A stretch of DNA of 64,000 nt from a virus (taxonomy: Duplodnaviria > Caudoviricetes). Position 1 is the first letter of the stretch, and every line of letters begins with the position of its first letter. Below the pieces are notes generated by a model. That model saw only the letters and a list, made by a program, of their open reading frames with translations. It did no database searches and was not told the DNA's origin. Position numbers and translations under genes: made by a program. The stretch spans positions 64,001-128,000 of IMG/VR virus record IMGVR_UViG_3300029288_005873; one strand, given 5' to 3'. Positions 40,890 through 50,771 of this stretch are shown piece by piece.

Positions 40890-41945
40890 CTACAGCTGAA
40901 AACCAATCCCAGCTCCAACTAGAACTCCACCTCCACTATCAAGACCAACATATGGATACAACCACAGATTTGTGAGTAGAGGCAACGGATCCCCAACATT
41001 GAAAAGCGCAGGAGCAAATGACAAGTGACCAGTTCTACGTTCGGCATCATACCCTAAACCTACACGGAAAAAACGCCACAAACTGTCGACTTTAGTGTAC
41101 CCATATGACGAAAAAGACAGTCCAAGTTCCGCCCCGAACGAGAAAACTCCATCAGATCTACCAGGTCCAAAAGCGAATGAATGAATATTAGCTCCGGCAA
41201 ATAAACCAGCATCCAAGACGGGATTCCACCAGAACATACGCCTTTCTTGTGGTAGCTGTAGATATTCCGAAGATGTTAAGCTAATTCTATATTTGGATCC
41301 AGACTTTTCGGGAACCTCATAATCCAGAGTATGATAGAATGCAAACTGACCATTCTCTTGCTTACCTACGGCCGTAGAAAGGTGGAACTTCCTCTCGTAT
41401 ACACTGTATTTCCAAGGTTTTTCCTTAGATGCATCAAAAGACACAGATGCTAACGGAGCTGTATTAGCATCTGTGATCTCCTTGACTTGTGCGGCTTTCG
41501 TATATCCATGGACATCTACAAGTCGTCCGTCATCACATTCGACAATATCTGGGTTCTGTGGTCCCTCAGAAGTACTGGCTTCCAGTTCAGATACCTTTTT
41601 ACCTAGAGACCCTATGGTCTTACCTACGGCTACCAAGGATGCTTTTAGAGAATCAAGATCTCTTTGTAGGGCATCGCGATCCTCTTTTGTTAGCATATTC
41701 TTTAGTTTGGCATCCAAATCATCTTTTGTTGCCCATTTAGTACTTGCTCGAACCAAATTTTCCGTAAGTTGCTTAAATTCTGTAACCTCAGTTCGAAGCT
41801 TTGTATTCTCGTCCATGAGATTCTTTAGAATACCACCCACAGCGATGACGAGAAGAATGGATACAATGACACCAATTGCCAAAAGTGCTGTTCTAAATGT
41901 ACTTGGTGCTGGAAGATACACAACCTGCGACTTATTTTCGTCCAT
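40890..41945 (-). CDS. membrane-anchored coiled-coil protein with beta-rich C-terminus
   Basis: N-terminal TM helix, coiled coil, C-terminal GAGIGFQL. Confidence 0.55.
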   Translation of the reverse strand: MDENKSQVVYLPAPSTFRTALLAIGVIVSILLVIAVGGILKNLMDENTKLRTEVTEFKQLTENLVRASTKWATKDDLDAKLKNMLTKEDRDALQRDLDSLKASLVAVGKTIGSLGKKVSELEASTSEGPQNPDIVECDDGRLVDVHGYTKAAQVKEITDANTAPLASVSFDASKEKPWKYSVYERKFHLSTAVGKQENGQFAFYHTLDYEVPEKSGSKYRISLTSSEYLQLPQERRMFWWNPVLDAGLFAGANIHSFAFGPGRSDGVFSFGAELGLSFSSYGYTKVDSLWRFFRVGLGYDAERRTGHLSFAPALFNVGDPLPLLTNLWLYPYVGLDSGGGVLVGAGIGFQL

Positions 41946-41966
41946 ATGTCAAACCTGTCTTACGCG

Positions 41967-43373
41967 CTATTCGGCGTCATCTGAGAAATATTGAGCAATA
42001 CATTCGTTCTGAGTCTTATCCGATAGACCTTTATAGACTGGGAATCTTAGAGCATAAGCTCCATCCTTTCCCTGTTGCCTGGAGTCAAACTCGACTTTGA
42101 CCGTTGCTCCAACCAGGACGCGACTAATCCAAAATTGGGAACGCTGTTCATCAGTAAACCCGCCGCCGCATTTTCCACAACCTATCCTCTTGCCTGTTTC
42201 AGGATGAATCTGTTCAAGATATAGACCACCCATCTTGCCCATGTTCCGTCCAGTCCCCTCATACATATCAACAACTATAAACTCTTCCTCCAGTTTGGGT
42301 TTTCGTTTCCATATACCATTTGGACGTTGAGCTTTACCGTCGAATGAATATGCCTTGTCTCCATATGTTGCTTTGGAGTCAAGCACAACAAACCCTTCCA
42401 CTCTCAGTTCACGCGCAGTATCCAAATCTGTATCTGGAGACACACTGAAAATCTTAAGTGGAGCCACATGATGGGTGCGCAACATTCGTTCGCGCTTTTT
42501 ACTTTCTGCCATAAGTTCTTTCTGATTTAGCCCAAGACCTGTTGCATTTACAGAAAGCTGTGGATCAAACCTGCTGAATATATTACGCAGAAGTTCTAAA
42601 CGTTTCCCCACTTCCATCCCAGTTATATTGTCTTGACCACCTGTAAAAGCGATATCAAACACATAATAGGATATCTTTCCAAGAACAGGTGATCCAACAT
42701 ATCCATTCGGGAATGGACCAAGACCTTGATATGCAAGAGCTAAGTCAGTATCGCTGCGGCAAATTCTACTTGTCCCTTTGAAGTCATCACGCCCATCCAT
42801 CTTCAGTAGCGTCATTTCACCAAGTAGAATTGTATTGTCATCCAGTCCAAGTCTGTCGAGGGATTCAATAATGTGTGGAAATCTACTAGTGGCAACATCC
42901 ATACGCCTAGAATAGATCTCCCACTTTCCACCACTGCGGACAGCCACATGCATCATCCCATCACGCTTTAGTGTCCAAATCGCGCGTCCTGCCGAATGGA
43001 GTTTTGCCAACTTCTTTTCGTCAATTTCAGTCTGGGGCTTGAAAAACGAAAGATTCTTCGGCAACGGTTTCGTAAAGTTGATGGAAACGGCAACCTCAGA
43101 GATAGGCTTGCCGTTAATCCATTCAACATAACCGTGCTCTTTCTTTTTGCGTATGTCGCGATCCATACAGAAGATAGCGTATTTTCTCGCATCCTGAAAG
43201 TCGGCGTTTCCTTCGGTTCCGCACGGTCCAGGACGGTCCCTTGTCTCCTGTAGAGCTCCTCCAAGCAACCCCCATTTTGTTACAACTACTTCAGGATCGT
43301 CCTGGTCAATACCTATAAACCAGATATTAGCGCGGGCATTCCGACCTGTCTCCTTGTGGAATTCGCGAAACAT
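41967..43373 (-). CDS. ATP-dependent DNA ligase with N-terminal WGR-like domain
   Basis: LKRDG motif I, LLGEM, VFDI, EGFVV, GGGFTD..R, LRFPV. Confidence 0.92.
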   Translation of the reverse strand: MFREFHKETGRNARANIWFIGIDQDDPEVVVTKWGLLGGALQETRDRPGPCGTEGNADFQDARKYAIFCMDRDIRKKKEHGYVEWINGKPISEVAVSINFTKPLPKNLSFFKPQTEIDEKKLAKLHSAGRAIWTLKRDGMMHVAVRSGGKWEIYSRRMDVATSRFPHIIESLDRLGLDDNTILLGEMTLLKMDGRDDFKGTSRICRSDTDLALAYQGLGPFPNGYVGSPVLGKISYYVFDIAFTGGQDNITGMEVGKRLELLRNIFSRFDPQLSVNATGLGLNQKELMAESKKRERMLRTHHVAPLKIFSVSPDTDLDTARELRVEGFVVLDSKATYGDKAYSFDGKAQRPNGIWKRKPKLEEEFIVVDMYEGTGRNMGKMGGLYLEQIHPETGKRIGCGKCGGGFTDEQRSQFWISRVLVGATVKVEFDSRQQGKDGAYALRFPVYKGLSDKTQNECIAQYFSDDAE

Positions 43374-43384
43374 GTAGCCTCCAG

Positions 43385-43831
43385 CTATTCGGCGCCGTCC
43401 TGCGGAGCCTGATTGGTTGTATTTTCCTGTTTTGGCATAGGCTCTGACGTCTTTCTTTCCTTGCCACCCTTCCAGTTACCCGTGCGCCTCGACTTACCTT
43501 TCGATTTACGCATCCTCTTCAGGGCCTCACGATGCTTACGACGCTTCTTCTCAGACGGCTTTTCGGCATGCTTTCGCCTCCTAAGCTCGGCCATAATACC
43601 ATCTCTAGCGATTTTTGTCTTCAGGACCTTTAGCGCTTGATTGACATCATTGTTGTATACTTCAACTTCGAGCGGTCCAACATTTGGAGCCTTCTGTTCA
43701 GGAAGGGGCTCTTTCTTGCGACTGTCCCTATTATCGTTGTCGCGTCTTTGATTCTTGTTCCACCCTCTATGGTCAGAACGGTGCTGTTCATCCTGCTTCT
43801 TCCACGCCGGCTGAGGCTTTTTCTCGTCCAT
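43385..43831 (-). CDS. rpsU: ribosomal protein bS21 with low-complexity extensions
   Basis: VEVYNNDVNQALKVLK..IARDGIMAELRRRKHAEKPSEKKRRK. Confidence 0.88.
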   Translation of the reverse strand: MDEKKPQPAWKKQDEQHRSDHRGWNKNQRRDNDNRDSRKKEPLPEQKAPNVGPLEVEVYNNDVNQALKVLKTKIARDGIMAELRRRKHAEKPSEKKRRKHREALKRMRKSKGKSRRTGNWKGGKERKTSEPMPKQENTTNQAPQDGAE

Positions 43832-43859
43832 TTTTTCTATTCTCCTTGTGTTCATTCGC

Positions 43860-44969
43860 CTAGATAATCTCAAGTTCTAATGGATCAAACCATCCATATG
43901 ATCCATCCAGATATATAACCATATAACAAAGTCCATGTGAATCAGATCTATCGGACACGATACCTTCTACACCCCATTTCCTGACCAATCTACCCTCATC
44001 AGTCCAGTCAGATAGACCAGAATCGTTGGTCGTTCGCACCTTGGTCCCAAACTGTATTTTCTCGCTAAGAGGCCAAAAGCATTCACGTCCATTTGGTAGC
44101 TTTATACATCTGCTTATCTGCTTTACCAAAATCGATTCCAAATGCTCCCACATCAAATCGTTCTCTCCAGGCACATACAAGTTCTGCTTAAACTTCTTCC
44201 ATTCGCGCCGGTACATGTCTAGAATATCGTGATTAAACTGTAACGCATGGATAACATTTGCTATTCTGTCAGCCAACTTGAGTATCGTAGCATCAGGATG
44301 GGAGCGTATTTTAGGGTACGTCTTCGCAAATCTCTCCGCCCTATTTTTTCCTGATTCGTTAGTCACCGCGAATACTAAATCAGCGACTTCTTTTCCGAAC
44401 CCATTGCGCAGGTCACCATAAGTCATGTCGGTATCCTCCAAAGTATCATGGAGGATTGCACCAAGAATTAGCCTTTGGCTTCTCTCCCGTTTTTCCTTGT
44501 TAGGATCACTTTCCGAAAAACCGAATTTCGTCAATACATCCCATGTTCCAAAAAGGTGATGCGTATACGGAAATTTACCATACCGTTGTCCCATATGTGC
44601 TTTTTCTGCTGTGCTTTTTGCTTTTTCAAGTAGTTCTGGAAAACCACCAAGTCTTCTTTTGCTCATTACAGAATAGACAGCATGTATGGCGGCAAGCCCA
44701 AGAAAAAATCCAGCAAGGTCGCTGATTGGGTCACCGACGACTTTGTTTATCATATCTTCGCGCCCAACGAATGGGAAGTTTGCTATATTATCAGCTATCC
44801 ACCACTCTGCTACTTCCCAGATAGCTGCCAGACACAAAACCCATACCCATAGGTGCTTAAATCGTAGAGCTGCAAGCGCTACCGTGATGGCAAAAAACCA
44901 TACAACATGCTGTAAAGAATACGGATCAAACATCGCATGCCCGCCAAACCTGCCGAAAATCAAATCCAT
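43860..44969 (-). CDS. membrane domain + RelA/SpoT-type (Mesh1-like) HD hydrolase
   Basis: AH.GQ.YG..PY..H, ILHDTLEDT, V.AVT, KLADRIAN; N-terminal TM helices. Confidence 0.85.
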   Translation of the reverse strand: MDLIFGRFGGHAMFDPYSLQHVVWFFAITVALAALRFKHLWVWVLCLAAIWEVAEWWIADNIANFPFVGREDMINKVVGDPISDLAGFFLGLAAIHAVYSVMSKRRLGGFPELLEKAKSTAEKAHMGQRYGKFPYTHHLFGTWDVLTKFGFSESDPNKEKRERSQRLILGAILHDTLEDTDMTYGDLRNGFGKEVADLVFAVTNESGKNRAERFAKTYPKIRSHPDATILKLADRIANVIHALQFNHDILDMYRREWKKFKQNLYVPGENDLMWEHLESILVKQISRCIKLPNGRECFWPLSEKIQFGTKVRTTNDSGLSDWTDEGRLVRKWGVEGIVSDRSDSHGLCYMVIYLDGSYGWFDPLELEII

Positions 44970-46316
44970 TTACTTCTCCATGCCGCGCCTGGCGGAAACA
45001 AACATCCTTGTCAAACTATCATGTGCCATAACTGGAACGCCAACGCTCGGTTCTGCTATGGATGAAAGGTCATATCCAATTGGAAGATCGGACAAGGACG
45101 ACAGAATAGCATTACAGTATCTCCTTGATACATCAAGCGGCATTTCAGATTCGTCCTCGATTTTTCCATTTGCTATATGTCTGTCCATAAGTGGCGTTAG
45201 TAGTTCAGAACTTTCTATCTCACCGTCCAAAGCAACAAGGTGTATCCAGCCACTTCCCCTTTGGTCTAGGAATACCTGTTTTCGTCCAGGCATGGTTGCT
45301 TTACCACCACCAGAAGTTTTCATAAGCGGACGCTTATCATCTTCATCATATACAGCCTTGTATACTATTCCAAGCGACGGAGCATCATCTGGAGAAACAA
45401 GTTTTGTTCCTATACCAAAACTGTCAATTGGTGACCCTGACGCAATAAGATTTGCGACAGAGTATTCATCTAGATCACCAGAGACCATAATCTTCGCTTT
45501 AGACCCCGATTCATCAAGGATATGTCTGACAAATTTGGAATCCATTCCCAAATCCCCAGAATCGATGCGTACAGCTACGGCATTCTTTATTTTTGCTGCT
45601 AAGCTAGCACCGCGCATGGTGTCATACGTATCGATTAGGAATGATGGATTGTTCCATATTTTCGACCACTTGTCAAAAGATTCCTGTTCTGTTTTATGTA
45701 CCATCGTCCACATGTGAGCAACGGTTCCCATTACAGGTATACCAAACAGCATTCCAGCGCGCATGTTTGAGGTTCCAGAGAATCCAGCAAGATATGCTGC
45801 TCGTGCAGAACGTACAGCTGCCTCGTGATGTGTTCTCCGTGTTCCAAATTCAACAACAGGCTTACCCTTAGCCGCAAGCACAATCCTGGCAGCCTTAGAA
45901 GCGACACGCATATCATGATTTAGGATAGAGAGAATTATCGTTTCAGCAAGTTGTGCCTGTGGAAGAGGAGCTGTTATCCTGACAAGAGGTTCACCTGGAA
46001 ACACAACCTCACCCTCAGCCATAGCCCACATATCCCCAGTAAATCGGAACTCAGATAGCCATTCCTCAAAAGCGGGGGTCATGACATCACGCAACGCAGG
46101 AATGGACTTGAGAAATTCTATATCCTCTCCAGCAAAGGACAATTTTTCCAAAGTGTTGCGGATCTCTTCTGTGCCAGCCATAACAAAGAAGCGCCATTTT
46201 TTAGGAAGCTTGCGGGCAAATGCTTCACATGTCACAGTTTTGTTAACCATTCCACCATGGAAATATCCCGCCATCATGGCTATCTGGTACAGGTCGGTTT
46301 TTAAGGAATACATCAA
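44970..46316 (-). CDS. pncB: nicotinate phosphoribosyltransferase
   Basis: TDLYQ..M, EFGTRR, GTVAH, IDTYD, VRIDSGD, VSGDLDE, GIGTKL, VYK. Confidence 0.92.
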   Translation of the reverse strand: MMYSLKTDLYQIAMMAGYFHGGMVNKTVTCEAFARKLPKKWRFFVMAGTEEIRNTLEKLSFAGEDIEFLKSIPALRDVMTPAFEEWLSEFRFTGDMWAMAEGEVVFPGEPLVRITAPLPQAQLAETIILSILNHDMRVASKAARIVLAAKGKPVVEFGTRRTHHEAAVRSARAAYLAGFSGTSNMRAGMLFGIPVMGTVAHMWTMVHKTEQESFDKWSKIWNNPSFLIDTYDTMRGASLAAKIKNAVAVRIDSGDLGMDSKFVRHILDESGSKAKIMVSGDLDEYSVANLIASGSPIDSFGIGTKLVSPDDAPSLGIVYKAVYDEDDKRPLMKTSGGGKATMPGRKQVFLDQRGSGWIHLVALDGEIESSELLTPLMDRHIANGKIEDESEMPLDVSRRYCNAILSSLSDLPIGYDLSSIAEPSVGVPVMAHDSLTRMFVSARRGMEK

Positions 46317-47128
46317 TACTGCTCCGGTTTTACAAATCCACGAAGTGGGATCCGTGTTTCGACATGGTCATTTTCAGAAATCATCGTAGACTCAAGACAC
46401 GCATGGCATTCCAGGCAAGCTCCTCCTAGGCGATATTTATTTCCATCCACCCAGTTATCAGCCCCACATGCGAAACACTTAATCATAATCCATTTTTTAC
46501 ACCACTGCCTATATAGATTTTTAGCAAGCTCGTCGGCTTTGGCAACAGTTTCGTCTCGAAAGTCGCTGATCTCTCCAAAACCGCTTACAGAATATCCTAT
46601 TAGTTGGTAGAACTGTTCCATATCATCCAATGAGAAGTTTTTGGAATGAAGCATGATCCAAAGTTTGTTTAGGTCATGTCCGCCATTGTCAAGGAGAAAA
46701 CGAACCACCTTATTTTCCTGAAATCTGATAGTACCAGATTTATCCACGACAAGAGGCTGCATGGGATAACTAGACATCGATATGCTCCGCTTCATCCCTA
46801 TCATCGAATTGTAGTCCAAGCTCTTCTCGGGAACGCAAAACAGACTGTAGCATAACAAGATAGTTTCTTTTGCGAATTGTATATTCGCTGTCGCTACGAA
46901 TTCTACGGACCCTATACGTCCCTTCATCGGGGATTTCAGAGGCATTTCTGCGTCTCATGGACCGAATAGTTTCCAACTCTTCAGTCCTCTTTGCTGGTGT
47001 AATATCTTTTACAGTCGGAGTAATCCTTCCAATCTCGATGAGATGCTTGCGAATCTCCACACATTCATCATCCGAGGCAAAGGGTAACCCCTGAGTCTTA
47101 TTTTCACTATCCATCTGATCACTCCTTG

Positions 47129-47959
47129 TCAAATCTCCGTAGTTTCCCATGAGCGCAACCTTTCCTTGTTTACTTTTGCTAGATTTTCTGGCGTATTCAA
47201 TATGGTCCTGAATGAATTATCCACGGAGAAAACAACCCCATGGCTCATAAGCGGCTTACCTCTTAATACGCACTGTACAAAGTTAAGAGCTATAGAGGCA
47301 GCTGTTATATTTGCCATCATATTTTGAGGAGCTGACTGGGCAAGTTCGGCACAACTTAATTGTGAATTGAATTTTCCATCCGAAGAAAGAAGACCTGGAT
47401 ATATTTCTGTGACCATTGGAAGACTAAAACTGTTACTACGTGAAGAACCATAGATGTGTCGGTTTGGAGAAAAGCCACAAACTACCTGACCAGAACTCTC
47501 CTCATTTCCGCAATCTACCCAAAATTTTTCACGAGAACGCGAATTAAGCATCCATTCATGAACAATTTTTCTAGATGCATTATTATCTACGCATCCTATA
47601 ACCATGTCTATATCAGTTTTTCGTATTGAATCTTCATCCTCCAGATAGGACGGTATCACATCTATCTGGAGTCCAAACGCCGAAGAGTACCTTCTAGCAA
47701 GTGCTTCCGCCTTATTTGTATCGAGGTCCCTTTGTACAAAATGCTGGCGCTCTAGATTCTTTCGTTCTACTTTATCTCCATCGGCTAACACTAGAGAAAT
47801 TGAATCATATGATGAGCGTTCGCTATTAAGCGACATGATTAATCTGGCTAGATGCCCAGCTACATATGCTCCAGTTCCTCCACACCCAAGAACAAGGATT
47901 CTCCGTGAAGGGGAGAATCCGCTCATTTTTCTAATATCAGGAAGGGTTATCGTTTCCAT
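47129..47959 (-). CDS. PRTRC-type ThiF/E1 enzyme (ubiquitin-like system 2)
   Basis: GCGGTG, DGDKVERKNLERQ, GCVDN..SR, W.DCGNE..SGQV, LSCAE. Confidence 0.9.
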   Translation of the reverse strand: METITLPDIRKMSGFSPSRRILVLGCGGTGAYVAGHLARLIMSLNSERSSYDSISLVLADGDKVERKNLERQHFVQRDLDTNKAEALARRYSSAFGLQIDVIPSYLEDEDSIRKTDIDMVIGCVDNNASRKIVHEWMLNSRSREKFWVDCGNEESSGQVVCGFSPNRHIYGSSRSNSFSLPMVTEIYPGLLSSDGKFNSQLSCAELAQSAPQNMMANITAASIALNFVQCVLRGKPLMSHGVVFSVDNSFRTILNTPENLAKVNKERLRSWETTEI

Positions 47960-48732
47960 GTCCTAATCCACGGGTAAGGTTCACCTTCATCATCCACGTC
48001 ATCTTCATACTCTTCCTCCTCCCCTTTGTCCATTTCCCTTTCCAATAGAAGTTCATGGATTTTTGCCGTTGGATCAGACTTGCTAACTCTGTCCATCCAA
48101 TCTTTTGGGAACTTGGCGCAAAGCATGGGGTCATCTTTTGTGTTAAAAATCTCATGGATTCCAACAGTAATGTGCTCTCCCCCCATAGATAGTCTAAAAC
48201 ATGTCTCAGGAAAAAGCTGCTCAACTTTCCCAACGATGCCATAGAAACGATCGGCAATCTCATCCCTATCATCTGTTTGAGAAAATGTGGCAGAAAACAA
48301 ACCATGACTATGGATTTCCATAACAATTACAGAGTCTTCAAAGGTTTGCGACCTATCAAAATGACAATGCGCGGCACATACCTCTTGCTGCGGGCAGTCA
48401 AGAAAATATTTCTTACGCCGACGATCATAGATAGCACGCACAGCAGCTTCACTTCTATGAAGTGAAAATACCTCACGGAAAAATGCAACTGCTTGCCACA
48501 AAAGGGACAGAGGCATTTTTGGGACAGCTAAGTCAAAACCTTCAGAAAGTCCGCAAGGCAAACCGGGAACCTTTACGTCAGTCATGCGCCGTCTAAATAT
48601 ACCTATTGAGTTTCTACGTATTTCCCAAAGACCATCCCCACACATAACAAACACAACAGGCTTGTCGCATTTCTGTGGAATCTCCCCTATAAAATGACCA
48701 ACAAGCATACTGTTCCCAAATGTATTACTCAT
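47947..48732 (-). CDS. PRTRC protein A-type JAB peptidase
   Basis: SEAA, PQQ, EIHSHG..ATFSQTDDRDE, YGIVG. Confidence 0.88.
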   Translation of the reverse strand: MSNTFGNSMLVGHFIGEIPQKCDKPVVFVMCGDGLWEIRRNSIGIFRRRMTDVKVPGLPCGLSEGFDLAVPKMPLSLLWQAVAFFREVFSLHRSEAAVRAIYDRRRKKYFLDCPQQEVCAAHCHFDRSQTFEDSVIVMEIHSHGLFSATFSQTDDRDEIADRFYGIVGKVEQLFPETCFRLSMGGEHITVGIHEIFNTKDDPMLCAKFPKDWMDRVSKSDPTAKIHELLLEREMDKGEEEEYEDDVDDEGEPYPWIRTWKR

Positions 48733-49397
48733 CTATTGCTCCTGGACATTGCCTCACTAAGCGTTTTTGACTTTTTCAAAATACTATCTGGAAAGTATTC
48801 TTTTCCAGATAGGTGGTCTAGCAATGTGCGAAAATTGACAACGCCAGCTGGCGCATTAAACAAACCTCTCTCTACCATGTGCCCACTAAATGCTGACGAA
48901 AAGAATCTTCCAACAACTCCATCTAGAATTATTGGATCTGTTATACTTGGAAAAACGTAATTATTCCCCCAGCATATTGGTCCATCATCATATACATTAC
49001 CTAAAGGAAATGCATATAGCCTATCATCCATGCGCCCCAATGGAGGAATACACGCAAACAGTAGAGAATCTAATACTTTTGTATCATTTACTGAGAACAC
49101 AAAAAGTGTTTCTGGAAATGGTATTGTCTTCTCACAAAGAATATCATCGAGGCGAGCTTGAATTGTCCTAACTTTTGATGGAACCTGTATACCAATCTTG
49201 TATGAATTCTTGGTCCCAGAATAGAATTTTGTCCCAGCTGGAAGGATTCCCGTTGTCATCTCCACTTCTTTAGCCAACCTAAAAATCAAGTCGTCTACCG
49301 AAACAGTTTTTGTAGACACCTTACCATCTGCCCCTTTGAGTCTAACTACTGCTCCGCTATATTCCTCATCTATTTCAATAGCCATAGATGCTTTCAT
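48729..49397 (-). CDS. PRTRC protein B-type (prokaryotic E2 family D)
   Basis: IPFP..LF, LYAFPLGNVYDDGPICWGN, FFSS.F. Confidence 0.85.
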   Translation of the reverse strand: MKASMAIEIDEEYSGAVVRLKGADGKVSTKTVSVDDLIFRLAKEVEMTTGILPAGTKFYSGTKNSYKIGIQVPSKVRTIQARLDDILCEKTIPFPETLFVFSVNDTKVLDSLLFACIPPLGRMDDRLYAFPLGNVYDDGPICWGNNYVFPSITDPIILDGVVGRFFSSAFSGHMVERGLFNAPAGVVNFRTLLDHLSGKEYFPDSILKKSKTLSEAMSRSNR

Positions 49398-49957
49398 ATT
49401 CTTCCTTCCCTCCTAGCTACCTCAAATAGGGCGTCTATTTCCTCCTGCGCACGATTTGGAACAACAACCTTAGGGACATCAGTCGCCGTAAGAACTGTAT
49501 CAAATCGCTTTTTCCATGACAGAACAGCATTTACAGCAGCACAGTGTTTTCCAATACCAAACTCTTTAAGGGATGGGCGGTAGTAAAAATCTCCACGACC
49601 TATGCGAACAACTAAAACTCCCCTGAGATCGAGAAAATTCTTTTCTGTTTCATCCGCCTGTATTGCTGTTCTAACTACATCAGATATTTTGTTACAAATC
49701 TTAGGTGAGAAACAAACTACAAACTCCTCGCGGCGCGCTGTCTTTTTCACTACGAAATCTGATTTAGGAAAAACATTTGTCAAAAACGACCTAAACAATC
49801 TTGATATTGTTGCTTCTCTTTGTTTAGGTGTTCCTGTTTCTATAGCCATAGGGGCAATTCGTTTCGTGCGCTTCAACAACTTCAAATCGTTAATTAGGAG
49901 GTTGTGTAGAAGAAAAAACTCTATCTGTTGGTGTGTTCGCAAATCATTAAAATCCAT
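49394..49957 (-). CDS. hypothetical protein within PRTRC-like operon
   Basis: Coupled by ATGA overlap. Confidence 0.55.
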   Translation of the reverse strand: MDFNDLRTHQQIEFFLLHNLLINDLKLLKRTKRIAPMAIETGTPKQREATISRLFRSFLTNVFPKSDFVVKKTARREEFVVCFSPKICNKISDVVRTAIQADETEKNFLDLRGVLVVRIGRGDFYYRPSLKEFGIGKHCAAVNAVLSWKKRFDTVLTATDVPKVVVPNRAQEEIDALFEVARREGRI

Positions 49958-49964
49958 TAGACAC

Positions 49965-50213
49965 TCATATAAAGTCTGTATCAGAAACTACAGGCTTAAG
50001 ATAACGCAGAATATCATATATACCTACCTGACGTTCTGCGTCGCTAATCGCCAAAAACATGTGTTCCTGAATGCGGAGGATCTCTTCAACAGGAATATCA
50101 GCAAAGTGTGAAGTATTAGCTGCGCCCATCAGCTTGTTCAAAATCTCAAGCTGATGGGCATTAAGCTCATTATTCCACTGCTTTATCTCGTCAAAAACCC
50201 TAACAACATCCAT
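49965..50213 (-). CDS. hypothetical protein within PRTRC-like operon
   Basis: TAATG overlap with the Ubl gene. Confidence 0.6.
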   Translation of the reverse strand: MDVVRVFDEIKQWNNELNAHQLEILNKLMGAANTSHFADIPVEEILRIQEHMFLAISDAERQVGIYDILRYLKPVVSDTDFI

Positions 50214-50392
50214 TAGTTTCCCTTGTCAGCCGCCTGCTGTAAAAACTCGACAGCGCCATTGTCCCTGTTAACTATCCTGGCATGCGCAAGCTCTGGATAG
50301 ATTGCAGACCAGAGTTCCTGTACCTGCTCAGGAGTCAAAGAAGCATCCATCATAACTTCGAGATTTCCATATGTGTATTTTCTCTTTTCCAT
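50213..50392 (-). CDS. PRTRC protein C-type ubiquitin-like protein (59 aa, not in ORF track)
   Basis: MEKRKYTYGN...LTPEQVQELWSAIYPELAHA...VEFLQQAADKG-N*; GGGAG RBS. Confidence 0.85.
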   Translation of the reverse strand: MEKRKYTYGNLEVMMDASLTPEQVQELWSAIYPELAHARIVNRDNGAVEFLQQAADKGN

Positions 50393-50403
50393 AATAGTCT
50401 CCC

Positions 50404-50760
50404 TTAGTAATCGTAATCTTCGTCTTCGTCCTCGAAGTCGTCGTCTTCGTAATCATTATCTGAGCATTTGCTACTACATCCGCAACATCCAGTACAACAT
50501 CCGACCTCTTCCTTCTCAACTGCGCGGTCGAATGCTGTATCGCTGAGACGACTTTCTGCCAGGACCTTGTCCATAATATTTCGTAGAGCAGCAGCATGGG
50601 CTTGAATAATTACCGTCTTCGGATCATTACCAGTTACTGTTGCAGGAGTTCCACCATCAATGCGCACCTCTGCAATAAACACACCGCTTTGGCGACCAAT
50701 CTTTAGGCTAAACTCAGGATGTAGTGAAACCATGTTTCCCAAAATATTACCAATATCCAT
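50404..50760 (-). CDS. hypothetical protein (possibly PRTRC protein E-like) with Cys cluster and acidic tail
   Basis: Position upstream of the Ubl; PATVTGNDP segment. Confidence 0.4.
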   Translation of the reverse strand: MDIGNILGNMVSLHPEFSLKIGRQSGVFIAEVRIDGGTPATVTGNDPKTVIIQAHAAALRNIMDKVLAESRLSDTAFDRAVEKEEVGCCTGCCGCSSKCSDNDYEDDDFEDEDEDYDY

Positions 50761-50771
50761 TATTCCTCTCC

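Noticed and set aside
44686-45717. Long plus-strand ORFs (343 aa here; also 6932-7753 and 22338-22961)
   Set aside because: They are antisense shadows of well-supported minus-strand genes and show no recognisable motifs.
47937-48326. 129-aa same-strand alternative-frame ORF inside the JAB gene
   Set aside because: No motif or RBS evidence, unlike the methyltransferase frame B; its length is within chance expectation.
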